Assembly: GCA_045591115.1 (NCBI GenBank)
Contig: JAZNSH010000065.1
Span: 12,322 to 76,321, forward strand
Source of the DNA: Clostridia bacterium
GTDB taxonomy: Bacteria > Bacillota > Clostridia > Christensenellales > QALW01
Direction of reading: 5' to 3'
Length of the DNA stretch: 64,000 nt
Made by a program: the position numbers and the translations under genes
The notes under the pieces: generated by a model
What the model saw: the letters and a program-made list of their open reading frames with translations, nothing else
The model's database searches: none
Told to the model about the DNA's origin: nothing
Shown: one piece after another, positions 1 through 9,324 of the stretch
Layout of the letters: each line of letters opens with the position of its first letter
Position numbering within the stretch: the first letter of the stretch is position 1

Positions 1-1
1 A

Positions 2-1948
2 TATATTCTTGAACTTTCAAAACAATATCCTGATCGCAACGCAGTGCTTAACGAAATAATCAACCTTAATGCAATTCTCAGCTTGCCTAAGGGAACTGAA
101 CATTTTATGAGTGATCTTCACGGCGAGTACGAGGCATATCAGCACATCCGCAAAAATGCTTCAGGCGTTATTCGCAGAAAGATAGATCAGCTTTTTTCTA
201 AAACGGTAACGAAAAAAGAGCGAGCGGAGCTTGCAACGCTTATATATTATCCTGAAGAAAAGCTCGATGAGATAGGTGACGTTACTGACGATTGGTATAA
301 TGTTACCTTAGGAAGACTTCTTGATATCTGCAGGCTTGTAAGCAGTAAATATACACGATCAAAGGTAAGAAAGCATCTTAAAAAAACGGCAAGCGGATTT
401 GATTACATTATCGATGAGCTCCTTAATAACGATTATGATGTTTTAAATAAAGAGCGTTATTATGAAAATATTCTAAAAACCATAATAGAAGTAGGTGCGG
501 CACAACAGTTTATTATTGCAGTGTGCTCGGCAATAAAAAGCCTTGTTATTGATCATCTTCACATTGTAGGAGATATTTTTGACCGCGGTCCGCGAGCTGA
601 CATCATTATGGAAGAGCTTATGAAGGAAAATTCCCTTGATATTCAATGGGGAAATCACGATATGCTTTGGCTTGGCGCATCATCAGGCTCAAGAACGTGC
701 ATTGCAACGGTTCTTAATAACTCAATCACTTATAAAAATCTTGATGTTGTTGAGATAGGCTACGGAATTTCTTTAAGGCCGCTTGCAATATTTGCAGAAG
801 AAACCTATAAAAATTCCGATGTTTCTGCCTATATGCCTAAAGGTACATCGGAGGGGGATGTATATTACAGTGATGATGACGTTTTAATCGCTCGTATGCA
901 CAAGGCAATAAGCGTTATTCAGTTTAAGCTTGAAGGGCAAACTGTTTTAAGAAATCCTCAATTTAATATGAAGGAACGACTTCTCCTTGATAAAAATGAC
1001 GGAAAAAAAGGCACAGTAACTATAGAAGGCAACGTCTATAAGCTGAAAGATACAGATTTTCCAACAGTAGATCCCGTTCAGCCATATAAGCTCACTTCTG
1101 AGGAAGCAGAGGTTATGCAATATCTTAAAACTGCCTTTATGCGCTCGGAAAAGCTTCAGCGCCACGCTCGTTTCCTCTTTGAGAAGGGCGAGATGTACAC
1201 CGTGTTTAACGGCAATCTGCTTTTCCACGGTTGTATTCCCTTAAATGATGACGGAACTTTTATGGCATTAACTGCAAGTGAAGATAAAAAAGGCAGAGAG
1301 ATGCTTGACTATTTTGACAATATGGCTCGTCAGGGCTACTTTGCCCGCGAAGGCTCAAAGCAGAGGCAGCAGGGCAAGGATATTATGTGGTTCTTGTGGT
1401 GCGGTAAGGATTCTCCCTTATGCGGCAGAAAAAAGATGACTACCTTTGAAAGACTTTTAATAGCTGATGAATCCGCTTGGGCAGAACCTAAAAACTCTTA
1501 CTATACCCATTACGAAAATGAAGAAACCGTAAAGAGCATTTTTGATGAATTCGGTCTTTCAAAGGAGACCTCACATATAATCAACGGCCATATTCCCGTA
1601 AGATCAAATAAGGGTGAAGCACCTACCAAAGCAGGTGGAAAGGTAATAGTTATTGACGGTGGCTTCTGCAAGGCCTACAGAAGCACCACCGGCATTGCAG
1701 GATATACTCTTATTTATAACGCACAAGGTATGCGCATATCTGCACATGAGCCTTTCTCAGGGGTTTTTGAGGCAATAAAAAACAATGCAGATATAGTTTC
1801 CGATACGGTTATCTTTGAATATTCAAGTGACAGCATTTTAGTAAAGGATACTGATACGGGAAAGAAAATTTCCGAAAGAATCAGCGATCTCACAATGCTT
1901 TTGAAGGAATATGAGCAAGGAAGAATAAAAGAAACAAAACACTTGTAA
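2..1948 (+). CDS. fbp: Fructose-1,6-bisphosphatase class 3, 5'-truncated by the window edge
   Basis: The frame is open from base 2 (YILELSKQYPDRNAV...), so the N-terminus lies upstream of the window. Metallophosphoesterase motifs DLHGEY, GDIFDRGP and GNHD are present. Length and pattern match Firmicutes class 3 FBPase. Confidence 0.9.
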   Translation, partial: YILELSKQYPDRNAVLNEIINLNAILSLPKGTEHFMSDLHGEYEAYQHIRKNASGVIRRKIDQLFSKTVTKKERAELATLIYYPEEKLDEIGDVTDDWYNVTLGRLLDICRLVSSKYTRSKVRKHLKKTASGFDYIIDELLNNDYDVLNKERYYENILKTIIEVGAAQQFIIAVCSAIKSLVIDHLHIVGDIFDRGPRADIIMEELMKENSLDIQWGNHDMLWLGASSGSRTCIATVLNNSITYKNLDVVEIGYGISLRPLAIFAEETYKNSDVSAYMPKGTSEGDVYYSDDDVLIARMHKAISVIQFKLEGQTVLRNPQFNMKERLLLDKNDGKKGTVTIEGNVYKLKDTDFPTVDPVQPYKLTSEEAEVMQYLKTAFMRSEKLQRHARFLFEKGEMYTVFNGNLLFHGCIPLNDDGTFMALTASEDKKGREMLDYFDNMARQGYFAREGSKQRQQGKDIMWFLWCGKDSPLCGRKKMTTFERLLIADESAWAEPKNSYYTHYENEETVKSIFDEFGLSKETSHIINGHIPVRSNKGEAPTKAGGKVIVIDGGFCKAYRSTTGIAGYTLIYNAQGMRISAHEPFSGVFEAIKNNADIVSDTVIFEYSSDSILVKDTDTGKKISERISDLTMLLKEYEQGRIKETKHL

Positions 1949-1960
1949 GCGGAGGTAATT

Positions 1961-2155
1961 ATGGCAAAGATAAACAGAGGCTATATGCTCAAGCTTTCCG
2001 AAATGGATGAAGAGGATGCTTTCGATCCTTGGGAGCTTTCTCCTGAGGAACTGTATACTCTTGACACGGATGCCCATCAGAAGTTTGTTGATGAATATAA
2101 AGCATATTATGACGATATAAAAACAAGCAGTAAATTACACAAGGAGGATTGGTAA
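1961..2155 (+). CDS. Small acidic hypothetical protein (64 aa)
   Basis: GGAGG lies 4-5 nt upstream of the ATG. The ORF starts 12 nt after the fbp stop, and its stop sits 2 nt before the next start. I recognise no family. Confidence 0.45.
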   Translation: MAKINRGYMLKLSEMDEEDAFDPWELSPEELYTLDTDAHQKFVDEYKAYYDDIKTSSKLHKEDW

Positions 2156-2157
2156 AA

Positions 2158-3006
2158 ATGTACAGAAAAACAAGATTTCCCGGGTTTAAAACAAAGGCAC
2201 TTACCTTAAGCTATGATGATGCCGTAGAGCAGGATATAAGACTTATTGAGATAATGAAAAAGAATGGAATCAAAGGCACGTTCAACATAAATTCAGGTCT
2301 TTTTGCACCTGTTGGCACAGTTTATCCTGAAGGTCAGATTCATAGAAGAATGACTAAAAAGCAGGCATATGATCTTTATCTTGAAAATGATATGGAAGTG
2401 GCTGTTCACGCATATTATCATCCTCGTCTTGAGGTGCTGACTCCTGCAGAAATTACTGCTGAGGTGCTTAACGATAGGAGCGATATTGAAAAAACAACGG
2501 GCAAAATAACCCGCGGTATGGCTTATCCTTACGGCACAACAAATCAAACTGTTGTTGATTGCCTTAAAGCATCAGGTATCTTGTATGCAAGAACGGTTCA
2601 ATCAACCAATAATTTTAATATCAGCGAGGATTGGCTTCGTCTTCCGGCAACTTGCCATCACAACAACCCAAATCTTATGAGTCTTGCGGAAAGATTTGTA
2701 AACGCCGTTGTATCAACAGAACCGTTTCTTTTCTATTTGTGGGGACACAGTTACGAATTTGAAAGCAATAACAACTGGAATGTTATTGAAGAGTTCTGTG
2801 AGTATATGGGCAATCGTGAAGATATCTGGTATGCCACCAATATTGAGATATTTGAATATCTTGAAGCATATAAACAGTTAAAAACCTCAACTGACGGCAC
2901 AAAGGTATATAATCCAACCACCACAACACTGTATTTTAGCGTGGCAGGCAGGGATTATAAAATCGAGCCGGGCGAAACTGTTACAGTTGAATTTGAACAT
3001 AAGTGA
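2158..3006 (+). CDS. Polysaccharide deacetylase (NodB/CE4) family protein
   Basis: LTLSYDDA is a TFDDG-like motif and VHAYYH is a His motif. AAGGAGG lies 11 nt upstream of ATG 2158. The TTG at 2149 is too close to the RBS. Confidence 0.75.
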   Translation: MYRKTRFPGFKTKALTLSYDDAVEQDIRLIEIMKKNGIKGTFNINSGLFAPVGTVYPEGQIHRRMTKKQAYDLYLENDMEVAVHAYYHPRLEVLTPAEITAEVLNDRSDIEKTTGKITRGMAYPYGTTNQTVVDCLKASGILYARTVQSTNNFNISEDWLRLPATCHHNNPNLMSLAERFVNAVVSTEPFLFYLWGHSYEFESNNNWNVIEEFCEYMGNREDIWYATNIEIFEYLEAYKQLKTSTDGTKVYNPTTTTLYFSVAGRDYKIEPGETVTVEFEHK

Positions 3007-3019
3007 TTTTAAAATAAGA

Positions 3020-3058
3020 AATGTCGAGAAATGCTATTTTTCGACATTCTTTTTTTTG
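3020..3058 (+). terminator. Rho-independent terminator after the fbp/deacetylase unit
   Basis: An 8-bp stem (aatgtcga/tcgacatt) with a 13-nt loop, followed by a run of T. Confidence 0.7.
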
Positions 3059-3077
3059 TTCAAAATTTAGTAACATA

Positions 3078-3106
3078 TTGACAAACGCTATATATTATGG
3101 TATTAT
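3078..3106 (+). promoter_or_regulatory. Sigma-A-like promoter of the polysaccharide operon
   Basis: TTGACA, a 17-nt spacer ending in TGG (extended -10), then TATTAT. Confidence 0.6.
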
Positions 3107-3168
3107 ATATAACGAGCGTAAATATTTATTTTAATTGGAAAAATATACCTTAAAAGAGGGAGAAAAAT

Positions 3169-4371
3169 ATGAATATTCCATTTTCACCGCCGGATATTTC
3201 CGAGCTTGAAATTAAAGAAGTTTCCGAGGCTTTGCGTTCGGGCTGGATAACCACCGGTCCAAGAACGAAGAAGCTTGAGCAGCTTATTAAGGAATACACC
3301 TGCGCTGATGGTGCAGTTTGCCTTAATTCACAGACCGCTTGTGCCGAAATGGCTTTAAGGCTTATGGGCATTGGCGAGGGCGATGAGGTTATAACAAGCG
3401 CCTATACATATACTGCATCTGCATCGGTAATTTGCCACACAGGTGCTAAGCTTGTGCTTGTTGACACGCAAAAAGACAGTCTTGAAATGGATTATGATCA
3501 GCTTGAAAAGGCTATCAACGAAAACACAAAGGCGGTTATTCCCGTTGATCTTGCAGGTATTCCCTGCGATTATGACCGCATTTTTAAAATCGTTGAAAGC
3601 AAAAGAGACATTTTTAAGCCTTCTTCAGAGTTGCAGAAAGCTTTGGGCAGAATCGCAGTTATGGCAGACACCGCCCACGCATTCGGTGCAAAATGGCACG
3701 GCAAAATGTTAGGTAGTGTTGCCGATTTTTCTTCTTTTTCATTCCATGCAGTTAAAAATCTCACAACTGCCGAGGGCGGTGCCTTGACCTGGCGCACCAT
3801 AGAAGGAATAGATAATCAGGATATTTATAAGCGCCTCCAGCTTTTCTCGCTTCACGGTCAGTCAAAGGATGCTTTGGCAAAAACTCAGCTTGGTGCTTGG
3901 GAATATGATATTGTTGGTACTTGGTATAAGTGCAACATGACTGACATTATGGCTGCAATGGGTCTTGCTCAGCTTGAAAGATATCCTAAAATGCTTGCTC
4001 GCAGAAAAGAGATCATCCAAAAGTTCGATAACGCATTTAAGCCATTAGGAGTTGAAGTTCTTGATCATTACACCGATGACCATACTTCTTCAGGACATTT
4101 GTATCTTACAAGAATTCCCGGCATAACGGCAGAACAGCGCAACGAGATAATAATTAAAATGGCAGAAGCAGGTGTTGCCTGCAACGTTCACTATAAACCC
4201 CTGCCAATGCACACGGCATATAAAAATATGGGCTTTGACATCAAGAACTATCCCAATGCCTATAACAACTTCGCCAATGAGATCTCTCTGCCGTTACATA
4301 CCTGCCTCACAGATGAACAGGTCGATTACGTTATTGAGAAGTATAGCGAAATTGTTGGTGAATACTTATGA
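3169..4371 (+). CDS. DegT/DnrJ/EryC1/StrS family PLP-dependent sugar aminotransferase (EpsN/PglE-like)
   Basis: N-terminus IPFSPPDISELEIKEVSEALRSGWITTGP. PLP-lysine region SFSFHAVKNLTTAEGGAL. Confidence 0.9.
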   Translation: MNIPFSPPDISELEIKEVSEALRSGWITTGPRTKKLEQLIKEYTCADGAVCLNSQTACAEMALRLMGIGEGDEVITSAYTYTASASVICHTGAKLVLVDTQKDSLEMDYDQLEKAINENTKAVIPVDLAGIPCDYDRIFKIVESKRDIFKPSSELQKALGRIAVMADTAHAFGAKWHGKMLGSVADFSSFSFHAVKNLTTAEGGALTWRTIEGIDNQDIYKRLQLFSLHGQSKDALAKTQLGAWEYDIVGTWYKCNMTDIMAAMGLAQLERYPKMLARRKEIIQKFDNAFKPLGVEVLDHYTDDHTSSGHLYLTRIPGITAEQRNEIIIKMAEAGVACNVHYKPLPMHTAYKNMGFDIKNYPNAYNNFANEISLPLHTCLTDEQVDYVIEKYSEIVGEYL

Positions 4372-5060
4372 TGATAAAAAAATGGGAAAAACTTCCCGAA
4401 AAAATGCAGATTCCGGAAATAAAGGAATACTACGATATTTTACGCAAGAAAAATTGCAGTCTGTTTTTTAAACGTGCTTTCGATATTGTTGTTTCAATGA
4501 TAATGCTCATCGCACTTTCACCGATTTTCTTGGTGCTTGCAATCAGCATTAAGATCGATTCAAGAGGACCGGTCTTTTACCGTCAGGTGCGCGTTACCCA
4601 ATACGGCAAAGAATTCAGAATTTTTAAGTTCCGTACAATGGTTCAAAACGCTGATAAGATTGGAACGCAAGTTACCGTTAAAGGTGATTCCCGCGTGACC
4701 AAGGTAGGCAAATTTATCAGAAAATGTCGCCTTGATGAAATCTGTCAGTTGATTGACGTTTTTAGAGGAACAATGACTTTTGTGGGCACACGTCCCGAAG
4801 TTCCCAAATATGTCAACGCCTACACCCCTGAAATGCTTGCAACGCTTCTTCTTCCTGCAGGCGTTACAAGTGAGGCAAGTATTTTTTATAAAGACGAAGA
4901 AAAGCTTCTTGATGGTGTAGAAGATGCAGATAAGGTCTATATTGAAAAAGTTTTGCCCGACAAAATGAAATACAATCTCGCTTCAATAAAAAAATTCAGT
5001 TTCTGGGGCGATATCGGAACAATGTTTAAAACTGTCGGCGCGGTGATTGGAAAGGAATAA
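4368..5060 (+). CDS. Small monotopic phosphoglycosyl transferase (initiating sugar-phosphate transferase, PglC/EpsL-like)
   Basis: One N-terminal membrane segment, then PVFYRQVRVTQYGKEFRIFKFRTM and DEICQLIDVFRGTMTFVGTRP. The start overlaps the upstream stop (ATGA). Confidence 0.9.
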   Translation: MMIKKWEKLPEKMQIPEIKEYYDILRKKNCSLFFKRAFDIVVSMIMLIALSPIFLVLAISIKIDSRGPVFYRQVRVTQYGKEFRIFKFRTMVQNADKIGTQVTVKGDSRVTKVGKFIRKCRLDEICQLIDVFRGTMTFVGTRPEVPKYVNAYTPEMLATLLLPAGVTSEASIFYKDEEKLLDGVEDADKVYIEKVLPDKMKYNLASIKKFSFWGDIGTMFKTVGAVIGKE

Positions 5061-5095
5061 ATAAGGATTAACTTCACATAGAACAAGTTGTTTTA

Positions 5096-6226
5096 ATGGA
5101 GGCTGTAAAAAACGTGAATAATAGAATATTGATAGTGTGTACGACAGATTCAATGATTTGGAATTTTTTGGTCCCGCACATTAAGCAATTAGAAAATGAT
5201 GGATGTTACGTGGAGTGTGCCTGCTCGATAACAGGGGATTTTTTTAAAAATTTGATTGATATGTATGATATCAAAATGAATGAAATTCCATTTGAACGTT
5301 CTCCTTATAATAAAAAGAATTTTAGTGCGTATAAAGCACTGTGCAAGCTTATTAAGGAAAAAAATTTTGATACAATATATTGCCATGAACCTGTTGGTGG
5401 TGCGTTAGGAAGGTTGGCAGGGCATGCTAGTAAATGTAATGTTATATATATTGCTCATGGTTTTCATTTTTTTAAAGGCGCACCATTGGTCAATAAATAT
5501 TTATATTATTGTATTGAAAAATTTCTTTCTAGATATACGGATGTTCTGGTTACCATAAATGAAGAGGATTACAGAGCATCACAGAAATTTTATGCAAAAA
5601 AAACTTATAAAATAAATGGTATTGGAATAGATACGCAAAAATTTTCAAAGGTACCTAATAGTGATGAATTGAGAAAAATACTTGAGTTAGAAAAAGAGGA
5701 TTTTATTCTCCTATCAGTTGGAGAATTAAGTAAGAGGAAAAATCATTCAATAATTATAGATGCTTTAAAAAAAATTGATAATTTGCGTATTCACTATGTC
5801 ATCGTTGGTGATGGAGAACTTCATAATTATCTGAAAGAGAAGATTAAAGATTCCAATTTGGAAAATCAAGTACATTTGATTGGGTACAGAACGGATGTTT
5901 ATAAATTATGCAATTCGGCAGATGTGTTTATTATGCCATCTTTGCAAGAGGGATTGTCCGTTGCCTTAATGGAAGCGATGGCAAGTGGTCTGCCTTGTGT
6001 TGCTTCGAAAATTCGCGGAAACGTGGATTTAATTGAAGAAGGTAAGGGCGGCTTTTTATGTGCACCTGATGATGTTTCAGGCTTTGCGGAGGCAATCAAT
6101 AAAATTGCAACTGATGAAGAGCTGAGAAAAAATATGCAGGAATACAACAAAGAAGCAATAAAGAAGTTTGACATTTCTGTTGTAAAAGCAGAAATGGAAA
6201 AGATATACTCGGAAGTTTTTAACTGA
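5096..6226 (+). CDS. Glycosyltransferase family 4
   Basis: C-terminal EX7E region EGLSVALMEAMASGLPCVAS. The alternative GTG start at 5114 is not excluded. Confidence 0.85.
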   Translation: MEAVKNVNNRILIVCTTDSMIWNFLVPHIKQLENDGCYVECACSITGDFFKNLIDMYDIKMNEIPFERSPYNKKNFSAYKALCKLIKEKNFDTIYCHEPVGGALGRLAGHASKCNVIYIAHGFHFFKGAPLVNKYLYYCIEKFLSRYTDVLVTINEEDYRASQKFYAKKTYKINGIGIDTQKFSKVPNSDELRKILELEKEDFILLSVGELSKRKNHSIIIDALKKIDNLRIHYVIVGDGELHNYLKEKIKDSNLENQVHLIGYRTDVYKLCNSADVFIMPSLQEGLSVALMEAMASGLPCVASKIRGNVDLIEEGKGGFLCAPDDVSGFAEAINKIATDEELRKNMQEYNKEAIKKFDISVVKAEMEKIYSEVFN

Positions 6227-6243
6227 ATTTTAGGAGTTAGCAG

Positions 6244-7296
6244 ATGAAAATATCGTTTTTTATAGGAAGTATGGCGGGTGGTGGTGCCGAGCGTGTAATA
6301 TCAATTCTTGCAAACTATTACAGTGAAAAAGGCTGGGATGTTGATATTGCATTACTTCTTAAAAATGAAGTGGGATATAAGCTTAATGAAAATATAAATA
6401 TAGTGGATTTAAGTGGAAAAAGCAGTTCTTATTTTAAAAATCTGTTTGGTTGGGTTTTTAAAATAAGAAAATATCTCAAAAAAAGAAAGCCTGACAGAGT
6501 TGTTTCCTTTATAGGAAGAATAAATGCATTAGTATTAATGTCTACTTTTTGTATGAAAGTGCCGATAGTAGTATCTGAGCGTAACGATCCTAAGCACGAT
6601 GGCAGAGGAAATCTTATGCTTAAGATGTGCAATAAAAGTTATGGGTTTAAACGTTGTAAAGCGATTGTGCATCAAACAAAATATGAGGAATCTTGCTTTG
6701 ATTCTTCCTTAGCACCTAAAAGTTACATAATTCCGAATCCCATTGAAGTAAAGACGGAAAAGGGAACACCAAAAAAAGGAAGAATTGTTACCGCAGGTAG
6801 ATTAGGTCCTCAAAAAAGACACACTATGCTTATAAATGCCGTTACACAGTTAAGTGCGGAGTTCCCTGAAATTAAGACGGATATTTATGGCGATGGCGAA
6901 TTAAAAAATTCACTTCAGGAACTTATAGATAGTAACAATATGACGGAAAGTATTGTGTTAAAAGGCAATGTCAGCGATCTGCATACTCAGATAGCTGATG
7001 CCGATATCTTTGTAATGACTTCCGATTTTGAAGGCCTGTCAAATGCGCTTCTTGAGGCAATGATGTTAGGCTTACCGTGTATTTCAACAAACTATCCCGG
7101 AGCTGACGAAGTAATTAATGACGGTGTAAACGGATTACTTGTTCCGATGGGCAATGAAGAAGAGTTTGCAAAGGCAATAAAGAGGATTCTTACCGACAAT
7201 GAACTGAGAGAGAAACTTAGTGCGGAAGCGTTAAAAACGTCGGAAAACTATAAAAAAGAAGTAGTTCTTAAATTATGGGAGAACGTTATTGAATAA
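6244..7296 (+). CDS. Glycosyltransferase family 4
   Basis: N-terminus GGAERV and EGLSNALLEAMMLGLPCIST. AGGAG RBS. Confidence 0.85.
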   Translation: MKISFFIGSMAGGGAERVISILANYYSEKGWDVDIALLLKNEVGYKLNENINIVDLSGKSSSYFKNLFGWVFKIRKYLKKRKPDRVVSFIGRINALVLMSTFCMKVPIVVSERNDPKHDGRGNLMLKMCNKSYGFKRCKAIVHQTKYEESCFDSSLAPKSYIIPNPIEVKTEKGTPKKGRIVTAGRLGPQKRHTMLINAVTQLSAEFPEIKTDIYGDGELKNSLQELIDSNNMTESIVLKGNVSDLHTQIADADIFVMTSDFEGLSNALLEAMMLGLPCISTNYPGADEVINDGVNGLLVPMGNEEEFAKAIKRILTDNELREKLSAEALKTSENYKKEVVLKLWENVIE

Positions 7297-7314
7297 TATT
7301 CCAAGGAGAATAAA

Positions 7315-8187
7315 ATGAACAATAAGGTTGCTAAAATTTTGGGATTGATTCCCGATAGCATATATTTACGTTTGCGTTATTACACGCATACAAAAAAAAT
7401 ACTTCATTTGCGCAATCCTAAGAGATTTAATGAAAAATTGCAGTGGCTGAAGCTCTATAATCGCAGACCTGAATATACTGTGATGGTGGATAAATATCTT
7501 GTAAGAGATTATATAAAAGAAAAAATCGGCGAGCAATATCTCATTCCGTTAATTGGTGCATGGGATAGCGTTGATGAAATCGATTTTGATGCCTTGCCTG
7601 AAAAGTTTGTTATCAAATGCAATCATAATTCAGGTGATGGTATGTACATATGTACAGATAAAAGCAAAATGGACGTTGAAAAGGTAAAGGCAGGGCTCAG
7701 AAGAGGAATGGAACAGGACTATTACCTTTGCGACAGAGAGTGGCCCTATAAAAACGTTCCGCGCAAAATAGTTGCCGAGAAATTTATGGTTGATAACAAA
7801 TCAGAAGAGTTAATGGATTATAAATTCTTTTGTTTTAATGGAAAACCTGAAATTGTTTTAGTATGTTTAGATCGTTTTTCAAAAGAAGGATTAAAAGAAA
7901 ATTTTTATGATGACAATTGGAATTTGTTAGATTTAAGGAGACCGTTTCATCCTAATAGCAAAAAGAAAATAAGCAAACCAAAACATTTTGATAAAATGCT
8001 AGAAATTGCAATCGAGTTATCAAAAGATATGCCCTTTGCAAGAATAGATTTATATGATATAAATGATAAAATTTTTTTCGGCGAGATAACTTTTTTTCCT
8101 GCAACAGGCACAGAAGGGTTTGAACCAGATGAGATGGATTATATTTTAGGAGAAAAGATTATACTTCCTGATAAAAAAATCAAATAA
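7315..8187 (+). CDS. TupA-like ATP-grasp (amidoligase-type) protein, copy 1
   Basis: FNEKLQWLKLYNRRPEYT, KCNHNSG, REWPYKNVPRKI, YKFFCFNGKP and RIDLYDINDKIFFGEITFFP. I recognise this pattern as the teichuronopeptide TupA-like ATP-grasp family. Confidence 0.75.
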   Translation: MNNKVAKILGLIPDSIYLRLRYYTHTKKILHLRNPKRFNEKLQWLKLYNRRPEYTVMVDKYLVRDYIKEKIGEQYLIPLIGAWDSVDEIDFDALPEKFVIKCNHNSGDGMYICTDKSKMDVEKVKAGLRRGMEQDYYLCDREWPYKNVPRKIVAEKFMVDNKSEELMDYKFFCFNGKPEIVLVCLDRFSKEGLKENFYDDNWNLLDLRRPFHPNSKKKISKPKHFDKMLEIAIELSKDMPFARIDLYDINDKIFFGEITFFPATGTEGFEPDEMDYILGEKIILPDKKIK

Positions 8188-8206
8188 AAAATATAGAGGA
8201 AAATAA

Positions 8207-9322
8207 ATGAGCGAAAAGTTAAAGGTTTTATGGGTGACTAATGCACTGGGGTGCGGTGGCGCCGAAAGACAGATGCTTTATATGTATGATATTCTCACTA
8301 ATTTTTGTAATATAGATATTACTATTTTATATTACGCAAAGGTAGGGGATGCACTTAATATTGATGGTGTTAAGACGGTTTTTATCGATAAGGACAAGGT
8401 CGGAAAAATCAAAACCGTTCGTTCAATAAAAAAGTATATTAAAGAAAACGATATACAGATAATGCACGCCTTTGGTGGCTCGTCAGCTAATATTTACGGC
8501 AGATTTGGAACAATAGGTACGAAAGCCATTCCCGTAGGTGCAGTTTTAGGTAAAAAGCACTTTGTTATAAAGGGTATTGCGATAGCAAACTCATTTCTTA
8601 ATATGTTTGGTAATTGGTGGACGGTAAATAACAAAGAACTGATTCCCATATTGAAAAGAGATCTTGCCTTTGTAAATGATAAAAAAATTAGACTTTTACA
8701 TAACGGTTTTGTTCCTGCATCAAAAATTGATTATCAAAAGGATATAGAAACTGAATTTGATGCTGACAAGAAAAACGATTTTGTTTTTTCTGTTTTGGGA
8801 AGATTACAACCGGTCAAAAATTATGATCTTTTCTTAAAAGCAGCAAAAGAGCTTTCCCAAAAACACGATAACGTTAAGTTTTGGGTTATTGGAAACGGCA
8901 GTGAATATGAGCATCTTACAAAACTTGCCGAAGAGCTTGAAATAACAGAAAAGGTTCGTTTCTGGGGATACAGAACGGATATTGACACAGCGATGTCCCG
9001 TTGTGATTGTTTTGTACAAACAAGCTTTACAGAAGGGTCGCCTAATACTATTGCAGAGGCAATGCGTGCATCTAAACCTATTATTTCCACAAGAAGCACC
9101 GATTTAAGTGAAATGATAGAAGATGATAAAAACGGTTATGTTGTTGAAAGCGATAACTGTGATCAGCTCGTAGAAGCAATGGAAAAAGTATTATCTAAAA
9201 CAGAGGCAGAATATAAAGAAATGTGTATGCATTCTGAAAAGCTTTTTGAACAGAATTTTCTTGATAAACGTGTTGCGGCTGAGTTTGAAGCATTCTATAA
9301 TGAATTAATGAAGGATAAATAA
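8207..9322 (+). CDS. Glycosyltransferase family 4
   Basis: GCGGAERQ N-terminus and EGSPNTIAEAMRASKPIIST. Confidence 0.8.
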   Translation: MSEKLKVLWVTNALGCGGAERQMLYMYDILTNFCNIDITILYYAKVGDALNIDGVKTVFIDKDKVGKIKTVRSIKKYIKENDIQIMHAFGGSSANIYGRFGTIGTKAIPVGAVLGKKHFVIKGIAIANSFLNMFGNWWTVNNKELIPILKRDLAFVNDKKIRLLHNGFVPASKIDYQKDIETEFDADKKNDFVFSVLGRLQPVKNYDLFLKAAKELSQKHDNVKFWVIGNGSEYEHLTKLAEELEITEKVRFWGYRTDIDTAMSRCDCFVQTSFTEGSPNTIAEAMRASKPIISTRSTDLSEMIEDDKNGYVVESDNCDQLVEAMEKVLSKTEAEYKEMCMHSEKLFEQNFLDKRVAAEFEAFYNELMKDK

Positions 9323-9324
9323 TT

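Noticed and set aside
3007-3168. A possible invertible (phase-variable) promoter or JUMPStart/ops-like element ahead of the polysaccharide operon.
   Set aside because: No inverted repeats flank the promoter, no recombinase gene lies nearby, and the leader has no GGCGGTAG-like ops motif.
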